From: Burkholderiales bacterium
Lineage (GTDB): Bacteria; Pseudomonadota; Gammaproteobacteria; Burkholderiales; SG8-39
NCBI GenBank assembly: GCA_035632415.1
Contig: DASQGW010000203.1
Span: forward strand, 1,176 to 65,175
Direction of reading: 5' to 3'
DNA: 64,000 nucleotides
The position numbers and the translations under genes are program-made. Shown here in pieces: positions 45,311-54,088 of the stretch. Numbering within the stretch: position 1 is the stretch's first letter; each line of letters begins with the position of its first letter. The notes beneath the pieces are model-generated. The model did not search any database and was not told where the DNA came from. It was given only the letters and a program-made list of their open reading frames with translations.

Positions 45311-45508
45311 TTAGCGGTGGTGGTCTTCGTAGGCGCGGCCGGCGCCGTAGCCCAGCATGGCGCCGCCCAGCGTACCGAGCATGCCGCCGTTGCTGACGGC
45401 CGCACCGGCCGCCATGCCGCCCGCAGTGCCGATCGTCTCCGCCTTGGTGGCGCAGCCTGCAAGGCCGACGAGCGAGGTAACTAGCACGATTGCGATCCCT
45501 GATCTCAT
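45311..45508 (-). CDS. Glycine-zipper lipoprotein (OsmB-like)
   Basis: MRSGIAIVLVTSLVGLAGC lipobox, then GTAGGMAAGAAVSNGGMLGTLGGAMLGYGAG. Confidence 0.6.
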   Translation of the reverse strand: MRSGIAIVLVTSLVGLAGCATKAETIGTAGGMAAGAAVSNGGMLGTLGGAMLGYGAGRAYEDHHR

Positions 45509-45611
45509 GACTCTCTCCGTGGTTGAAGTGAACTGCACGGAGAGCATTGCAGCACCAAGCGATGCTACGGTCGGTGACGGGTTGTTACGCTTCGTAACGC
45601 CCCTACTGGCT

Positions 45612-45662
45612 TTGGTACCTTTACCAAAAGCATCGCACGCACCGGCTTGGTAGAATTACCAA
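45612..45662. promoter_or_regulatory. Two TTGGTA-N4-TACCAA palindromes (candidate TetR operators)
   Basis: TTGGTAccttTACCAA at 45612-45627 and TTGGTAgaatTACCAA at 45647-45662. The second abuts the TetR ATG. Confidence 0.55.
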
Positions 45663-46184
45663 ATGGACGTGCGCGACCGCATCCTCGAAGCCGCCCTGCG
45701 CCTGCTCGCCGAGAGCGGCGCGCACGAGCTGACGCAGCCGCGGGTGGCGAAAGCGGCCGGCGTGCGGCAGAGCCACCTCACCTACTACTTCCCGACGCGC
45801 GCCGACCTCCTGCAGGAAGTCGCGCGCTATTCGATCGGCAAGCTCGCCGGCCAGCTCGAGCATGCGAAGCCGGGCGGGCTGCCGCAGGGCATCGCCGCGG
45901 GCGCGGCCGACAAGCGCCGCGCCCGCGTCATGCTCGGGCTCGTCGGCGCCGCCGATCGCGACCCGAAGATCAAGCAGCGCATGCGCAAGTTCGTCGCCGA
46001 GCTGCGCGAGCGCATGGCGCCGGTGCTCGCAGCCGGCGGCATGGCGACGGATCCGGACAGCATCGCCTTCTTCCATTCGTGCGTGATCGGCTGCGCGGTG
46101 CTGCAGCTCGCGCGCGACAACCCGGAAGCGCGCACCGAGGCGAAGAAGGTCCTGAGGAAAGCGGCCGCCGCCATCCGCAAATGA
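45663..46184 (+). CDS. TetR-family transcriptional regulator
   Basis: RILEAALRLLAESGAHELTQPRVAKAAGVRQSHLTYYFPTRADLL. Confidence 0.85.
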   Translation: MDVRDRILEAALRLLAESGAHELTQPRVAKAAGVRQSHLTYYFPTRADLLQEVARYSIGKLAGQLEHAKPGGLPQGIAAGAADKRRARVMLGLVGAADRDPKIKQRMRKFVAELRERMAPVLAAGGMATDPDSIAFFHSCVIGCAVLQLARDNPEARTEAKKVLRKAAAAIRK

Positions 46185-47113
46185 CCCGGCTACTCTTCCT
46201 GGCGCTCGCGCTCCTCGCCGGCTGCGACAAGCAGGATCCGAATGCGTGGCAGGGCTATGTCGAGGGCGAATACGTGCTCCTCGCCTCGCCCTACGCCGGG
46301 CAGCTGCAAAAGCTCTTCGTGCGCCGCGGCGACCAAGTCGAGGCCGGCAAGCCGGTGTTTGTGCTCGAGCAGGAGAACGAGCGCCAGGCGCGGGCGGAAG
46401 CCGAGGAGCGCGTGAACAGCGCCCAGGCGCGCCTCGAGAACCTGCAGGTGCCGCTGCGCGAGCCGCAGATCAAGGCGCTGCGCGAGGCGCTGAACCAGGC
46501 CAAGGCGGCGAAGGAGCTTTCGCGCGTGAACCTCGTGCGCGAGCAGGACCTGATGAAGAAGGGCTACACGACGAAGCCCCGGCTCGACGAGGCCCGCAGC
46601 GCCTACGTGCGCGACACGGCGCGCGTCAAGGAGGCGGAGGAGCAGCTCAAGAACGCCCAAATGCCGCTGGGTCGCCAGGGCGAGCTGGCGGCTGCCCAGG
46701 CCGAGATGGCCGCGGCCAAGGCCGCGCTCGCCCAGGCCGACTGGAAGCTCGAGCAGAAGAGCGTCGCGGCGCCGGTCTCGGGCCTCGTGCAGGACACCTT
46801 CTTCGTCATCGGCGAATGGGTCGCGGCCGGCCGGCCGGTCGTCTCGATCCTGCCGCCGGGCAACGTCAAGGCGCGCTTCTACGTGCCGGAGACCGTGCTC
46901 TCCGCGATGACGATCGGCCGCCCGATCGAGATCCGCTGCGACGGCTGCCCGCCGATCGACGCCAAGGTGAGCTACGTCTCGTCGCAGGCGGAATACACGC
47001 CGCCCGTCCTCTACAGCAAGGAGTCGCGTTCCAAGCTCCTTTTCCTCGTGGAAGCGCGGCTGCCCAACTCGCCGCTCCGGCCCGGGCAGCCGCTGGATGT
47101 GCGGCTGAAGTGA
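46181..47113 (+). CDS. HlyD-family membrane fusion / secretion protein
   Basis: Lipobox LLAGC, biotinyl-lipoyl-like VEGEYVLLASPYAGQL...GDQVEAGKPVFVLE, and a coiled coil. Confidence 0.85.
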   Translation: MTRLLFLALALLAGCDKQDPNAWQGYVEGEYVLLASPYAGQLQKLFVRRGDQVEAGKPVFVLEQENERQARAEAEERVNSAQARLENLQVPLREPQIKALREALNQAKAAKELSRVNLVREQDLMKKGYTTKPRLDEARSAYVRDTARVKEAEEQLKNAQMPLGRQGELAAAQAEMAAAKAALAQADWKLEQKSVAAPVSGLVQDTFFVIGEWVAAGRPVVSILPPGNVKARFYVPETVLSAMTIGRPIEIRCDGCPPIDAKVSYVSSQAEYTPPVLYSKESRSKLLFLVEARLPNSPLRPGQPLDVRLK

Positions 47114-48036
47114 GCGATCTCGCGATCGATGTAAAAGGCCTCAACAAGAGCTTCGGCGACAAGCACGTCGTCAAGGACTTCTCGCTGCAGGTGAGACGCG
47201 GCGAGATCTACGGCTTCCTCGGGCCGAACGGCAGCGGCAAGACGACCTCGATCCGCATGATCTGCGGCCTGCTCAAGCCCGACTCGGGCAGCGGCCAGTG
47301 CCTCGGCCACGATGTGGTGAGCGAGACCGCCGCGATCAAGCGCGAGGTCGGCTACATGACGCAGCGCTTCTCGCTCTGGGAAGACCTCACCATCCGCGAG
47401 AACCTCGAGTTCGTCGCGCGGATGTACGGCATGCGCGATCGAAAGCAGGCGGTGCAGGCGGCGCTGAAGGACCTCGGGCTCGCCACGCGGCAGGACCAGC
47501 TCGCGGGAACGCTCTCCGGCGGCTGGAAGCAGCGGCTCGCGCTCGCCTCGTGCATGCTGCACAACCCGAAGCTCCTCCTGCTCGATGAGCCCACGGCGGG
47601 CGTCGATCCGCAGGCGCGGCGCGACTTCTGGGAAGAGATCCACGCGCTCGCGGCGAAAGGCATCTCGGTCCTTGTCGCTACGCACTACATGGACGAGGCC
47701 GAGCGCTGCCACCGCCTCGCCTACATCGCCTACGGCAAGCTTCTCGCCACCGGCACGCCGGATGAAGTGCTGCACCTCTTCAAGCTCGCCACCTGGGAAG
47801 TGTCCGGGCCGCCCGCCAGGCTCGCCGGGCTGGCGCAGCAGCTGCGCGGCAAGAGTAGTGTCGCGCACGTCACGGCCTTCGGCAATACGCTGCACATCAC
47901 CGGCGAAAGGGAGGCCGAGCTCGAGTCCGCGATCGCCGAGTTCAGGAACGATGCCGAGCTTCATTGGCGCAAATCGCAGGCCGGCCTGGAAGACGTCTTC
48001 CTCCACCTGATGCAAGGCGCCGAAGACACCCCATGA
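47110..48036 (+). CDS. ABC transporter ATP-binding protein (ABC-2 exporter type)
   Basis: GPNGSGKTT, LSGGWKQRL, LLLLDEPTAGVDP. Confidence 0.9.
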   Translation: MSDLAIDVKGLNKSFGDKHVVKDFSLQVRRGEIYGFLGPNGSGKTTSIRMICGLLKPDSGSGQCLGHDVVSETAAIKREVGYMTQRFSLWEDLTIRENLEFVARMYGMRDRKQAVQAALKDLGLATRQDQLAGTLSGGWKQRLALASCMLHNPKLLLLDEPTAGVDPQARRDFWEEIHALAAKGISVLVATHYMDEAERCHRLAYIAYGKLLATGTPDEVLHLFKLATWEVSGPPARLAGLAQQLRGKSSVAHVTAFGNTLHITGEREAELESAIAEFRNDAELHWRKSQAGLEDVFLHLMQGAEDTP

Positions 48037-49160
48037 GATTCTCGCTCTCGCGGTGGGTGGGGATCATCGTCAAGGAGTTCATCCAGCTCAAGCGCGACCG
48101 CCTCACGTTCGGCATGATCATCGGCATCCCGGTGATCCAGCTCGTCCTCTTCGGCTATGCGATCAACGCGGACCCGAAGCGATTGCCGACGGCAGTGCTG
48201 ACTGCGGATTCCAGTCCCTATTCGCGCACGCTGCTCTCGGCGATGCAGACGAGCGGGTACTTCCGCATCACGAACAACGCGCGCGACGAGGACGAGCTCG
48301 ACGATTTGCTCGCGAAGGGCCGCGTCCAATTCGCCATCACCATCCCGGAGAATTTCGGCCGCAAGCTGGTGCGCGGCGAGCGGCCGGTCCTCCTCGTGGA
48401 AGCCGATGCCTCGGACCCGTCGGCGGTAGGCAACGCGGTCGCGGCCCTGCAGCAGGTGGTCAATTCACTGAGCCGCGACCTGAGCGGCCCGCTCTCCGAC
48501 ATGAAGCCGGTCGCCCCGCCGGTCGACGTGCGCGTGCACCGGCGCTACAACCCGGAAGCCGTCACCGCCTACAACATCGTGCCCGGCCTGATCGGCACCA
48601 TCCTCACGATGACCATGGTGCTGATGACCGGGCTCGCGATGACGCGCGAGCGGGAACGAGGCACGTTCGAGAACCTGCTCGCGACGCCCGCGCTGCCGAT
48701 CGAGGTGATGACGGGCAAGATCGTGCCCTACATCATGATCGGCCTCATCCAGGTCACGCTGATCCTGATCTGCGCCGAGCTTCTCTTCGACGTGCCGATG
48801 CAGGGCAGCTTCGCGCTCCTCTACCTGGTGGTCTCGGTCTTCATCGCTGCGAACCTGACGCTCGGCATCACCTTCTCCTCGATCGCGCGCAACCAGCTGC
48901 AGGCGATGCAGATGACGTTCTTCTTCTTCCTGCCTTCCATGCTGCTCTCGGGCTTCATGTTCCCCTTCCGCGGCATGCCGGAGTGGGCGCAGTGGATCGG
49001 CTCGCTCCTGCCGCTCACCCACTTCCTGCTCCTCGTGCGCGGCATCATGCTCAAGGGCAACGGCTTCGTCGACCTCATCCCGCAGATCTGGCCGATCGTG
49101 GCCTTCATGCTGGTCGTGATCGCGATCGGCCTCGGCTTCTACAAACGCACGCTCGACTGA
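48033..49160 (+). CDS. ABC-2 type transporter permease
   Basis: KEFIQLKRDRLTFGMIIGIPVIQLVLFGYA, ERERGTFENLLATP. Confidence 0.85.
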   Translation: MRFSLSRWVGIIVKEFIQLKRDRLTFGMIIGIPVIQLVLFGYAINADPKRLPTAVLTADSSPYSRTLLSAMQTSGYFRITNNARDEDELDDLLAKGRVQFAITIPENFGRKLVRGERPVLLVEADASDPSAVGNAVAALQQVVNSLSRDLSGPLSDMKPVAPPVDVRVHRRYNPEAVTAYNIVPGLIGTILTMTMVLMTGLAMTRERERGTFENLLATPALPIEVMTGKIVPYIMIGLIQVTLILICAELLFDVPMQGSFALLYLVVSVFIAANLTLGITFSSIARNQLQAMQMTFFFFLPSMLLSGFMFPFRGMPEWAQWIGSLLPLTHFLLLVRGIMLKGNGFVDLIPQIWPIVAFMLVVIAIGLGFYKRTLD

Positions 49161-49162
49161 GG

Positions 49163-49189
49163 ATTAATTACGGACGCTGTCCGGAATTT
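49163..49189 (-). repeat. Copy d of the palindromic repeat family (reverse orientation)
   Basis: The plus strand reads ATTAATTACGGACGCTGTCCGGAATTT, 2 nt after the permease stop. Confidence 0.7.
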
Positions 49190-49206
49190 GTCCTTATGCT
49201 CGAGCG

Positions 49207-49665
49207 ATGGATATTCTCAACGAGGCGGTCAATCTCGTGCGGCGCTACGAGAAGGGCGACGCCTTCCGCAACCATGTGCAGGGGCGGATGAACCTCATCG
49301 TCCCGGTGCTCGTGCTGTGCGCCCTGATCAGCCTCGGTCTCTCCCTCGGCATCCTGGCGATCATGGATCATGGCGGAGTCCGCGCCTTCCTCGCCGTCAT
49401 CGCCCTTCCGATCGTGCTGATCGGCAGCGCGCTGCTGCAGATCTATCTCTTCTTCTCGTGGCTCGAGCTGCGGGCGCTGCGACCGTTGCTCAAGCACGGC
49501 GCCGTGCCGCCGATTCCGTGGATCCCGGTCGGCGTGCTCCTTGTCCTGCCCCTGCTCCTTCTCGCGATCGCCTCGCCGAAGATCGCGGCGCTCGTCGTCC
49601 TCCTCGCAGTCGCGGTTCCGGTCGCCTACGTCCAGCTGGACGCTAATTCCGGACAACGTCCTTAA
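49207..49665 (+). CDS. Integral membrane protein (4 TM), unknown function
   Basis: Hydrophobic ORF bracketed by repeat copies d and e. Confidence 0.5.
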   Translation: MDILNEAVNLVRRYEKGDAFRNHVQGRMNLIVPVLVLCALISLGLSLGILAIMDHGGVRAFLAVIALPIVLIGSALLQIYLFFSWLELRALRPLLKHGAVPPIPWIPVGVLLVLPLLLLAIASPKIAALVVLLAVAVPVAYVQLDANSGQRP

Positions 49666-49667
49666 TT
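49645..49667 (+). repeat. Copy e of the palindromic repeat family
   Basis: AATTCCGGACAACGTCCTTAATT spans the two convergent stop codons (49663-65 and 49667-69). Confidence 0.7.
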
Positions 49668-50803
49668 CAGTGCCTCATCGGAATGTCGGCGCGCACCGCG
49701 CCGACTTCGGACAGCACCTGCTCGGCATCGGGCCGCTGGCGGTGCTCTATATACGAGCCGATCGCCCGCGAGCGCTGGACGCACCACCGGCCGAACTCGC
49801 AGCGCATGCCGTCGTAGCGCGCCAGCGCCGCGTCGACATCGCCGGGCGATAGCTCGAGCGAGCGTGCGAGGCAGCGCGCATCGAGCGACGCCTTGGTCAC
49901 CCCCATGCCGACGTGCGGCCGCGCGACGAATGCGCAATCGCCGAGGAGCACCACGCGGCCGTGCGCGACACGCGGCGACTCGAGGTCGAAGATCGCCTGG
50001 AAGAAGGGCTGCGAGCGCTCGACGATGGTGGCGAGCGGCGGCGCGAGCAATTCACGGGCGTCGGCCTTCAGCCGGGCCGCCAACTCCGGGCGGATGAGCG
50101 GCGGCGCGATCGCATTGCCATGGCGGCGCCCGCCCGCGTCGGTGCAGAGATCGGCGAGCTCGCGCTCGGTGGTCGGCCGGTACCAGACGTAATTCCATTC
50201 GCCGGTCGGCACGGGGTAGGTCAGCATCATCTCGCTGCCCGGCAGGCCGAAGTAGTAGTCGCGCGGGAGATCGATGCCTTTCGCCGTCCCGCGCCAGCCG
50301 ACATAACCCGCATAGCGCGGCTGTGCATCCGGCAAAAGCTGCGGGCGCGCGGTCGAGCGCAGGCCGTCGGCCGCGACCAGCAGATCGCCCGCCGCCTCCG
50401 AGCCATTGTCGAACTGCGCCACCACCTTCTCGCCGTCCTGTCGCCAGCCCGTGAAGTTGTGCCCGGCGTGAAAGCGCGAATCGTCGACGAGCGGCCGCAG
50501 CGCCTCGTAGATGCGCGCCCAGTGCGTCATCACCTGCGGCAGCGTGCGGCGCGCGATCACCTGCCCGTCGCGGCCGAGGCAGATGCGATCGCGCACCAGG
50601 ACTCCGAGCCGCTCCCCCGTGTCGATGCCGAGCTCGCGCAGCCCCTCGAGCAGCGCGTCGTGCGTGCCCAGCCCCGCGCCGCGCGCCGCGAGATCGTCGC
50701 CGGTGCGCTCGTAAACGACGACTTCCCAGCCGATGCGCTGCAGGAATGCGGCGGCGAAGAGGCCGCCCATGGAACCGCCGATGATGATGGCGCGGCGTGG
50801 CAT
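49667..50803 (-). CDS. FAD-dependent aromatic-ring monooxygenase
   Basis: AIIIGGSMGGLFAAAFL (GxGxxG), LLVAADGLRSTAR, VLLGDCAFVARPHVGMG. Confidence 0.8.
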   Translation of the reverse strand: MPRRAIIIGGSMGGLFAAAFLQRIGWEVVVYERTGDDLAARGAGLGTHDALLEGLRELGIDTGERLGVLVRDRICLGRDGQVIARRTLPQVMTHWARIYEALRPLVDDSRFHAGHNFTGWRQDGEKVVAQFDNGSEAAGDLLVAADGLRSTARPQLLPDAQPRYAGYVGWRGTAKGIDLPRDYYFGLPGSEMMLTYPVPTGEWNYVWYRPTTERELADLCTDAGGRRHGNAIAPPLIRPELAARLKADARELLAPPLATIVERSQPFFQAIFDLESPRVAHGRVVLLGDCAFVARPHVGMGVTKASLDARCLARSLELSPGDVDAALARYDGMRCEFGRWCVQRSRAIGSYIEHRQRPDAEQVLSEVGAVRADIPMRH

Positions 50804-51007
50804 CACATGAAAAAGAGCAACCCGTACTTGAGTTGCGCTTCCGTAACCCTCGGAGTGTTGTTTCTTAAGATGTTGCAAGCGATGCGCAAGCTGTCCGCAA
50901 GGCTTCGCGAGCTGCTCCGCAGTCGCGCTCCCTCTCTTTTGATGTGGATCAAATTCCTGTGGCTGAATGCCCCTAGCTTGATTCGATCGCATCCGGAGGA
51001 AAAGGAA

Positions 51008-52396
51008 ATGATCACGAACAAAACGAAGTTCAGCTTTGTCCTCGCATCGCTCGTTTTCGCTCTAGGGCTCGGGGTCGCAACACCCTCGCTCGCGGTTCCA
51101 TCGTACGCGAGGCAGACCGGAATGGCGTGCCAGGCGTGCCACACCGTGTTCCCCGAGCTCACGCCGTTCGGCAGGCTCTTCAAGCTGAACGCCTACCAGA
51201 TCGACAACCTGCCGCAGGTCCAGGGCATCACCTCGTCGAAGGAATACGAGCTCCTGCTGAATCAGGTGCCGCCGCTCTCGATGATGTTCCAGACGTCGTA
51301 CACGCACACGAGCAAGGCGTTGCCCGATTCGGTTATTCCAGGGACCAATTCCCAGGACGGCCAGGTCCTCTTCCCGCAGCAGGCGAGCCTCTTCTACGCG
51401 GGACGCATCGCCCCTGGGCTGGGCGCATTCATCCAGATCACCTATGACAGCGCCTCGGGCAACGTGCACTGGGACAACACCGAAGTGCGCTACGCGAAGC
51501 AGGTTTCCTTCGCGGCCGAGCCGCTGACCTGGGGCCTCACGATCAACAACAACCCGACGGTGCAGGACGTGTGGAACAGCACGCCCGCCTGGCAGACGCC
51601 GTTCGACCAGAAGACGAGCGCCGCGCCGGTGCCAGGCGCGATCACGCAGCTCGATGGTGCGCTCGCCGGTCACGGCGTCGCAGGGCTGACCGGATATCTA
51701 TGGTGGAAGGGCATCTACGGCGAGCTCGGCTTCTACAAATCATCGCCCCAGGGATTCAACGTCAACGGGCTCGCTGGCCCGCTCGACAGCACAACCGGGA
51801 GCGCGCTGACGAACAACGCGCCGTACTGGCGCCTCGCCTACGAGCACCAATGGGACCGCAACTCCATCTCCGTGGGCACCTACGGCATGGAGGCGCAGCT
51901 CAGCCCCCCGGGACAGGCCTTGGCGCCGCCGAGCGACCGCTTCCGGGATACCGCGTTTGATGGACAGTATCAATACATCGGCGATGACAACATCGTGTCG
52001 GTGCAGACGACCTACATCAAGGAGAAGCAGAAGCTCGACGGCAGTTTCCCCCTCGGCCTATCGGAGAACCCCGAGAATGACCTGAAGACCTTCCGCTTGG
52101 CCGCGAGCTACTACTACCGCCGTACCTACGGCGGCGCGCTCGGGGTCTTTTCGACCACCGGCAGCACCGATGCAATCCGCTATGCGCCCGGGCCGACCTT
52201 CGGGTTCGCCAATAACAGCCCGAACAGCAAGGGCTGGATCGCCGAAGTGAGCTACATCCCGTGGCAGAACGTGAAGCTGCTCGCCCAATACGTCGGCTAT
52301 CAGAAGTTCAACGGGGAGACCAACAACTACGACGGCACTGGCCGCAACGCGAGCGACAACAACACGCTCTACTTGCTCGGCTGGCTGGCGTTCTAA
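51008..52396 (+). CDS. Putative outer-membrane beta-barrel protein with an N-terminal CXXCH motif
   Basis: Signal peptide, then SYARQTGMACQACH. A long stretch rich in alternating and aromatic residues follows, ending ...LYLLGWLAF (C-terminal Phe). RBS GGAGGA. Confidence 0.6.
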   Translation: MITNKTKFSFVLASLVFALGLGVATPSLAVPSYARQTGMACQACHTVFPELTPFGRLFKLNAYQIDNLPQVQGITSSKEYELLLNQVPPLSMMFQTSYTHTSKALPDSVIPGTNSQDGQVLFPQQASLFYAGRIAPGLGAFIQITYDSASGNVHWDNTEVRYAKQVSFAAEPLTWGLTINNNPTVQDVWNSTPAWQTPFDQKTSAAPVPGAITQLDGALAGHGVAGLTGYLWWKGIYGELGFYKSSPQGFNVNGLAGPLDSTTGSALTNNAPYWRLAYEHQWDRNSISVGTYGMEAQLSPPGQALAPPSDRFRDTAFDGQYQYIGDDNIVSVQTTYIKEKQKLDGSFPLGLSENPENDLKTFRLAASYYYRRTYGGALGVFSTTGSTDAIRYAPGPTFGFANNSPNSKGWIAEVSYIPWQNVKLLAQYVGYQKFNGETNNYDGTGRNASDNNTLYLLGWLAF

Positions 52397-52409
52397 GGAG
52401 GAGCTCGCC

Positions 52410-53024
52410 ATGAAAGCAAATCACCTCGCCGTCGGCTTCGCATTCATTGCTGCGGGAGTCATTCCCTGCGCGATGGCGCAGGACGCCGACGGCCGCAAGC
52501 TTGCCACGCAGATCTGCTCGTCGTGCCATGGGCCACGAGGCGAAAGCGTCTCGTCGGCCTTCCCGCGGCTCGCGGCACAGCAGGCGCAGTATCTCGACGC
52601 GCAGCTCAAGGCCTTTCGTGATCATTCCCGCGCCGATCCGATGGCGCAGGCCTACATGTGGGGCATGGCCTCCCAGCTGGACGATGCCGCGATCTCGAGC
52701 CTTGCGGCTTACTACTCGGCGCAAAAGCCCGTGCACGGGAAAGGCGGCGACGCCAAGCTCGTGCAGCAGGGCAAGGCCATCTACGAGAAAGGGATCGCCG
52801 GGGCGAACGCACAGCCGTGCGGGACATGCCACGGCAAGGACGGCGAAGGCAACGCGATCTACCCGAGGCTTGCAGGCCAGCACGCCGAATACCTCGTGAA
52901 GCAGCTCGTGGTGTTCAAGGATGCCCTTAGGGCAGACCCGAACGCCGCGATCATGCACAACATCAGCTCGGGGATGTCGTTCGAACAGATGGAGGCAGTG
53001 GCGACGTACCTCGCTTCGCGCTAG
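52410..53024 (+). CDS. Dihaem cytochrome c4-like protein
   Basis: Two CXXCH motifs (CSSCHG, CGTCHG), each followed by a FPRLAGQ/YPRLAGQ..YL..QL pattern. Confidence 0.8.
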   Translation: MKANHLAVGFAFIAAGVIPCAMAQDADGRKLATQICSSCHGPRGESVSSAFPRLAAQQAQYLDAQLKAFRDHSRADPMAQAYMWGMASQLDDAAISSLAAYYSAQKPVHGKGGDAKLVQQGKAIYEKGIAGANAQPCGTCHGKDGEGNAIYPRLAGQHAEYLVKQLVVFKDALRADPNAAIMHNISSGMSFEQMEAVATYLASR

Positions 53025-53029
53025 GGGCC

Positions 53030-53473
53030 ATGAGGCGCGCCGCGCTTTGCGCCATGGCCATGCTGGCGGCCTGCACCGCCCTGCCGGTGCGCGCGCAGCC
53101 GACCGACGAGCTCGAAAGCCTCAAGCAGGAGCAAGCGCGCCTGCGCCAGTCGCTCGACGCGATCGACCGGAGGATTCGCGCTCTCGAGGATGCCCGCGGG
53201 ACACCATCGGCGCCTTTGCCGGCGGGCAATCGGCCCGCGAGCGAGTCAACCCCCTCGCTCGTGGCCTTGCAGCGCAATTGGGGCGAGATAAAGCCGGGAA
53301 TCGCCAAAGCGCGCGTCGATGAGCTTCTCGGCAAGCCGGACCGCGAGATGCACATCAACGGCGACCTGGTCTGGTATTACGTCTATCCGGCGATCGGCCG
53401 CGGGTCGGTCTTCTTCAGCGAGAAGGAAAAGGTCACCGCCATCCAGGCACCGATCTCGGGTTGGACGCGGTAG
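53030..53473 (+). CDS. Lipoprotein with coiled coil and a SmpA/OmlA-like C-terminal domain
   Basis: Lipobox MLAAC and KPGIAKARVDELLGKPD. Confidence 0.55.
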   Translation: MRRAALCAMAMLAACTALPVRAQPTDELESLKQEQARLRQSLDAIDRRIRALEDARGTPSAPLPAGNRPASESTPSLVALQRNWGEIKPGIAKARVDELLGKPDREMHINGDLVWYYVYPAIGRGSVFFSEKEKVTAIQAPISGWTR

Positions 53474-53495
53474 GCCTCTGCAGTGGCGGCGAGTC

Positions 53496-53924
53496 TTAGA
53501 TCGCTCGCGTGAGCGAGAAATCGAGTGAGTCTCGCTGAATCGTCGTGGCGTCCCAATGACAGTCGCACCGAGCGCAGTACAGGCGAATGGGTTCGCCCTT
53601 TTTGAGCACCGCTCTCAACTTCGCCTTATCCCATCCATCCTGAACAACGAAGTGACCATTTGGGCAGCTCACAGAGAATTGCCAGGGCATGGCCACTCGG
53701 TCGATGCTTCCGTGCAGGCGATCTCTCGCCGCTTTAAGGCCCTCGTCCCCGATTTGCAGGATCAATGCAGCATACGTGGTTACGGTCTCGCAAACCGCGC
53801 AGATGAGGTCCGAGGCATCCGTTATCTCCTCGCCCGGCTCGGCACACACAAAGTACGGAGAACGACAGCACTCGCACTGCGCGCGTACGTTGCCCAACCG
53901 AACTTGCAATGCCGGAGCATCCAC
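53496..53924 (-). CDS. Cysteine-rich hypothetical protein (several CxxC pairs)
   Basis: CECC...C, CAVC, C...H and CARCDC suggest zinc-ribbon-like elements. No recognised family. Confidence 0.45.
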   Translation of the reverse strand: MDAPALQVRLGNVRAQCECCRSPYFVCAEPGEEITDASDLICAVCETVTTYAALILQIGDEGLKAARDRLHGSIDRVAMPWQFSVSCPNGHFVVQDGWDKAKLRAVLKKGEPIRLYCARCDCHWDATTIQRDSLDFSLTRAI

Positions 53925-54088
53925 GAGCGCATGCTGCCTTCCTTAACCCAAAGCCTTTTGACCTCAGTCAAACCGGACAGTAGTGCGCGCAAGGCAGACG
54001 TCAGGCTGATGGTCCGCTATCGGGCCAAGAGCGGACATTCTGCTGACGACCAAGCGGCTCTGGCGAAAACGGGTCTATGCCTGCCTTG

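Noticed and set aside
37708-49667. Peptide coding by repeat copies c, d and e (FRTTSLII-type reading)
   Set aside because: In these copies the KFRTTS frame is either antisense to real genes or hits a stop within a few codons. Only copies a and b are in frame with downstream hydrophobic ORFs.
49913-51007. N-terminal 365 codons of the 827-aa plus-strand ORF 49913-52396
   Set aside because: This part is antisense to the FAD monooxygenase gene and to the intergenic spacer. A good RBS and ATG at 51008 are followed by a signal peptide, so only 51008-52396 is called.
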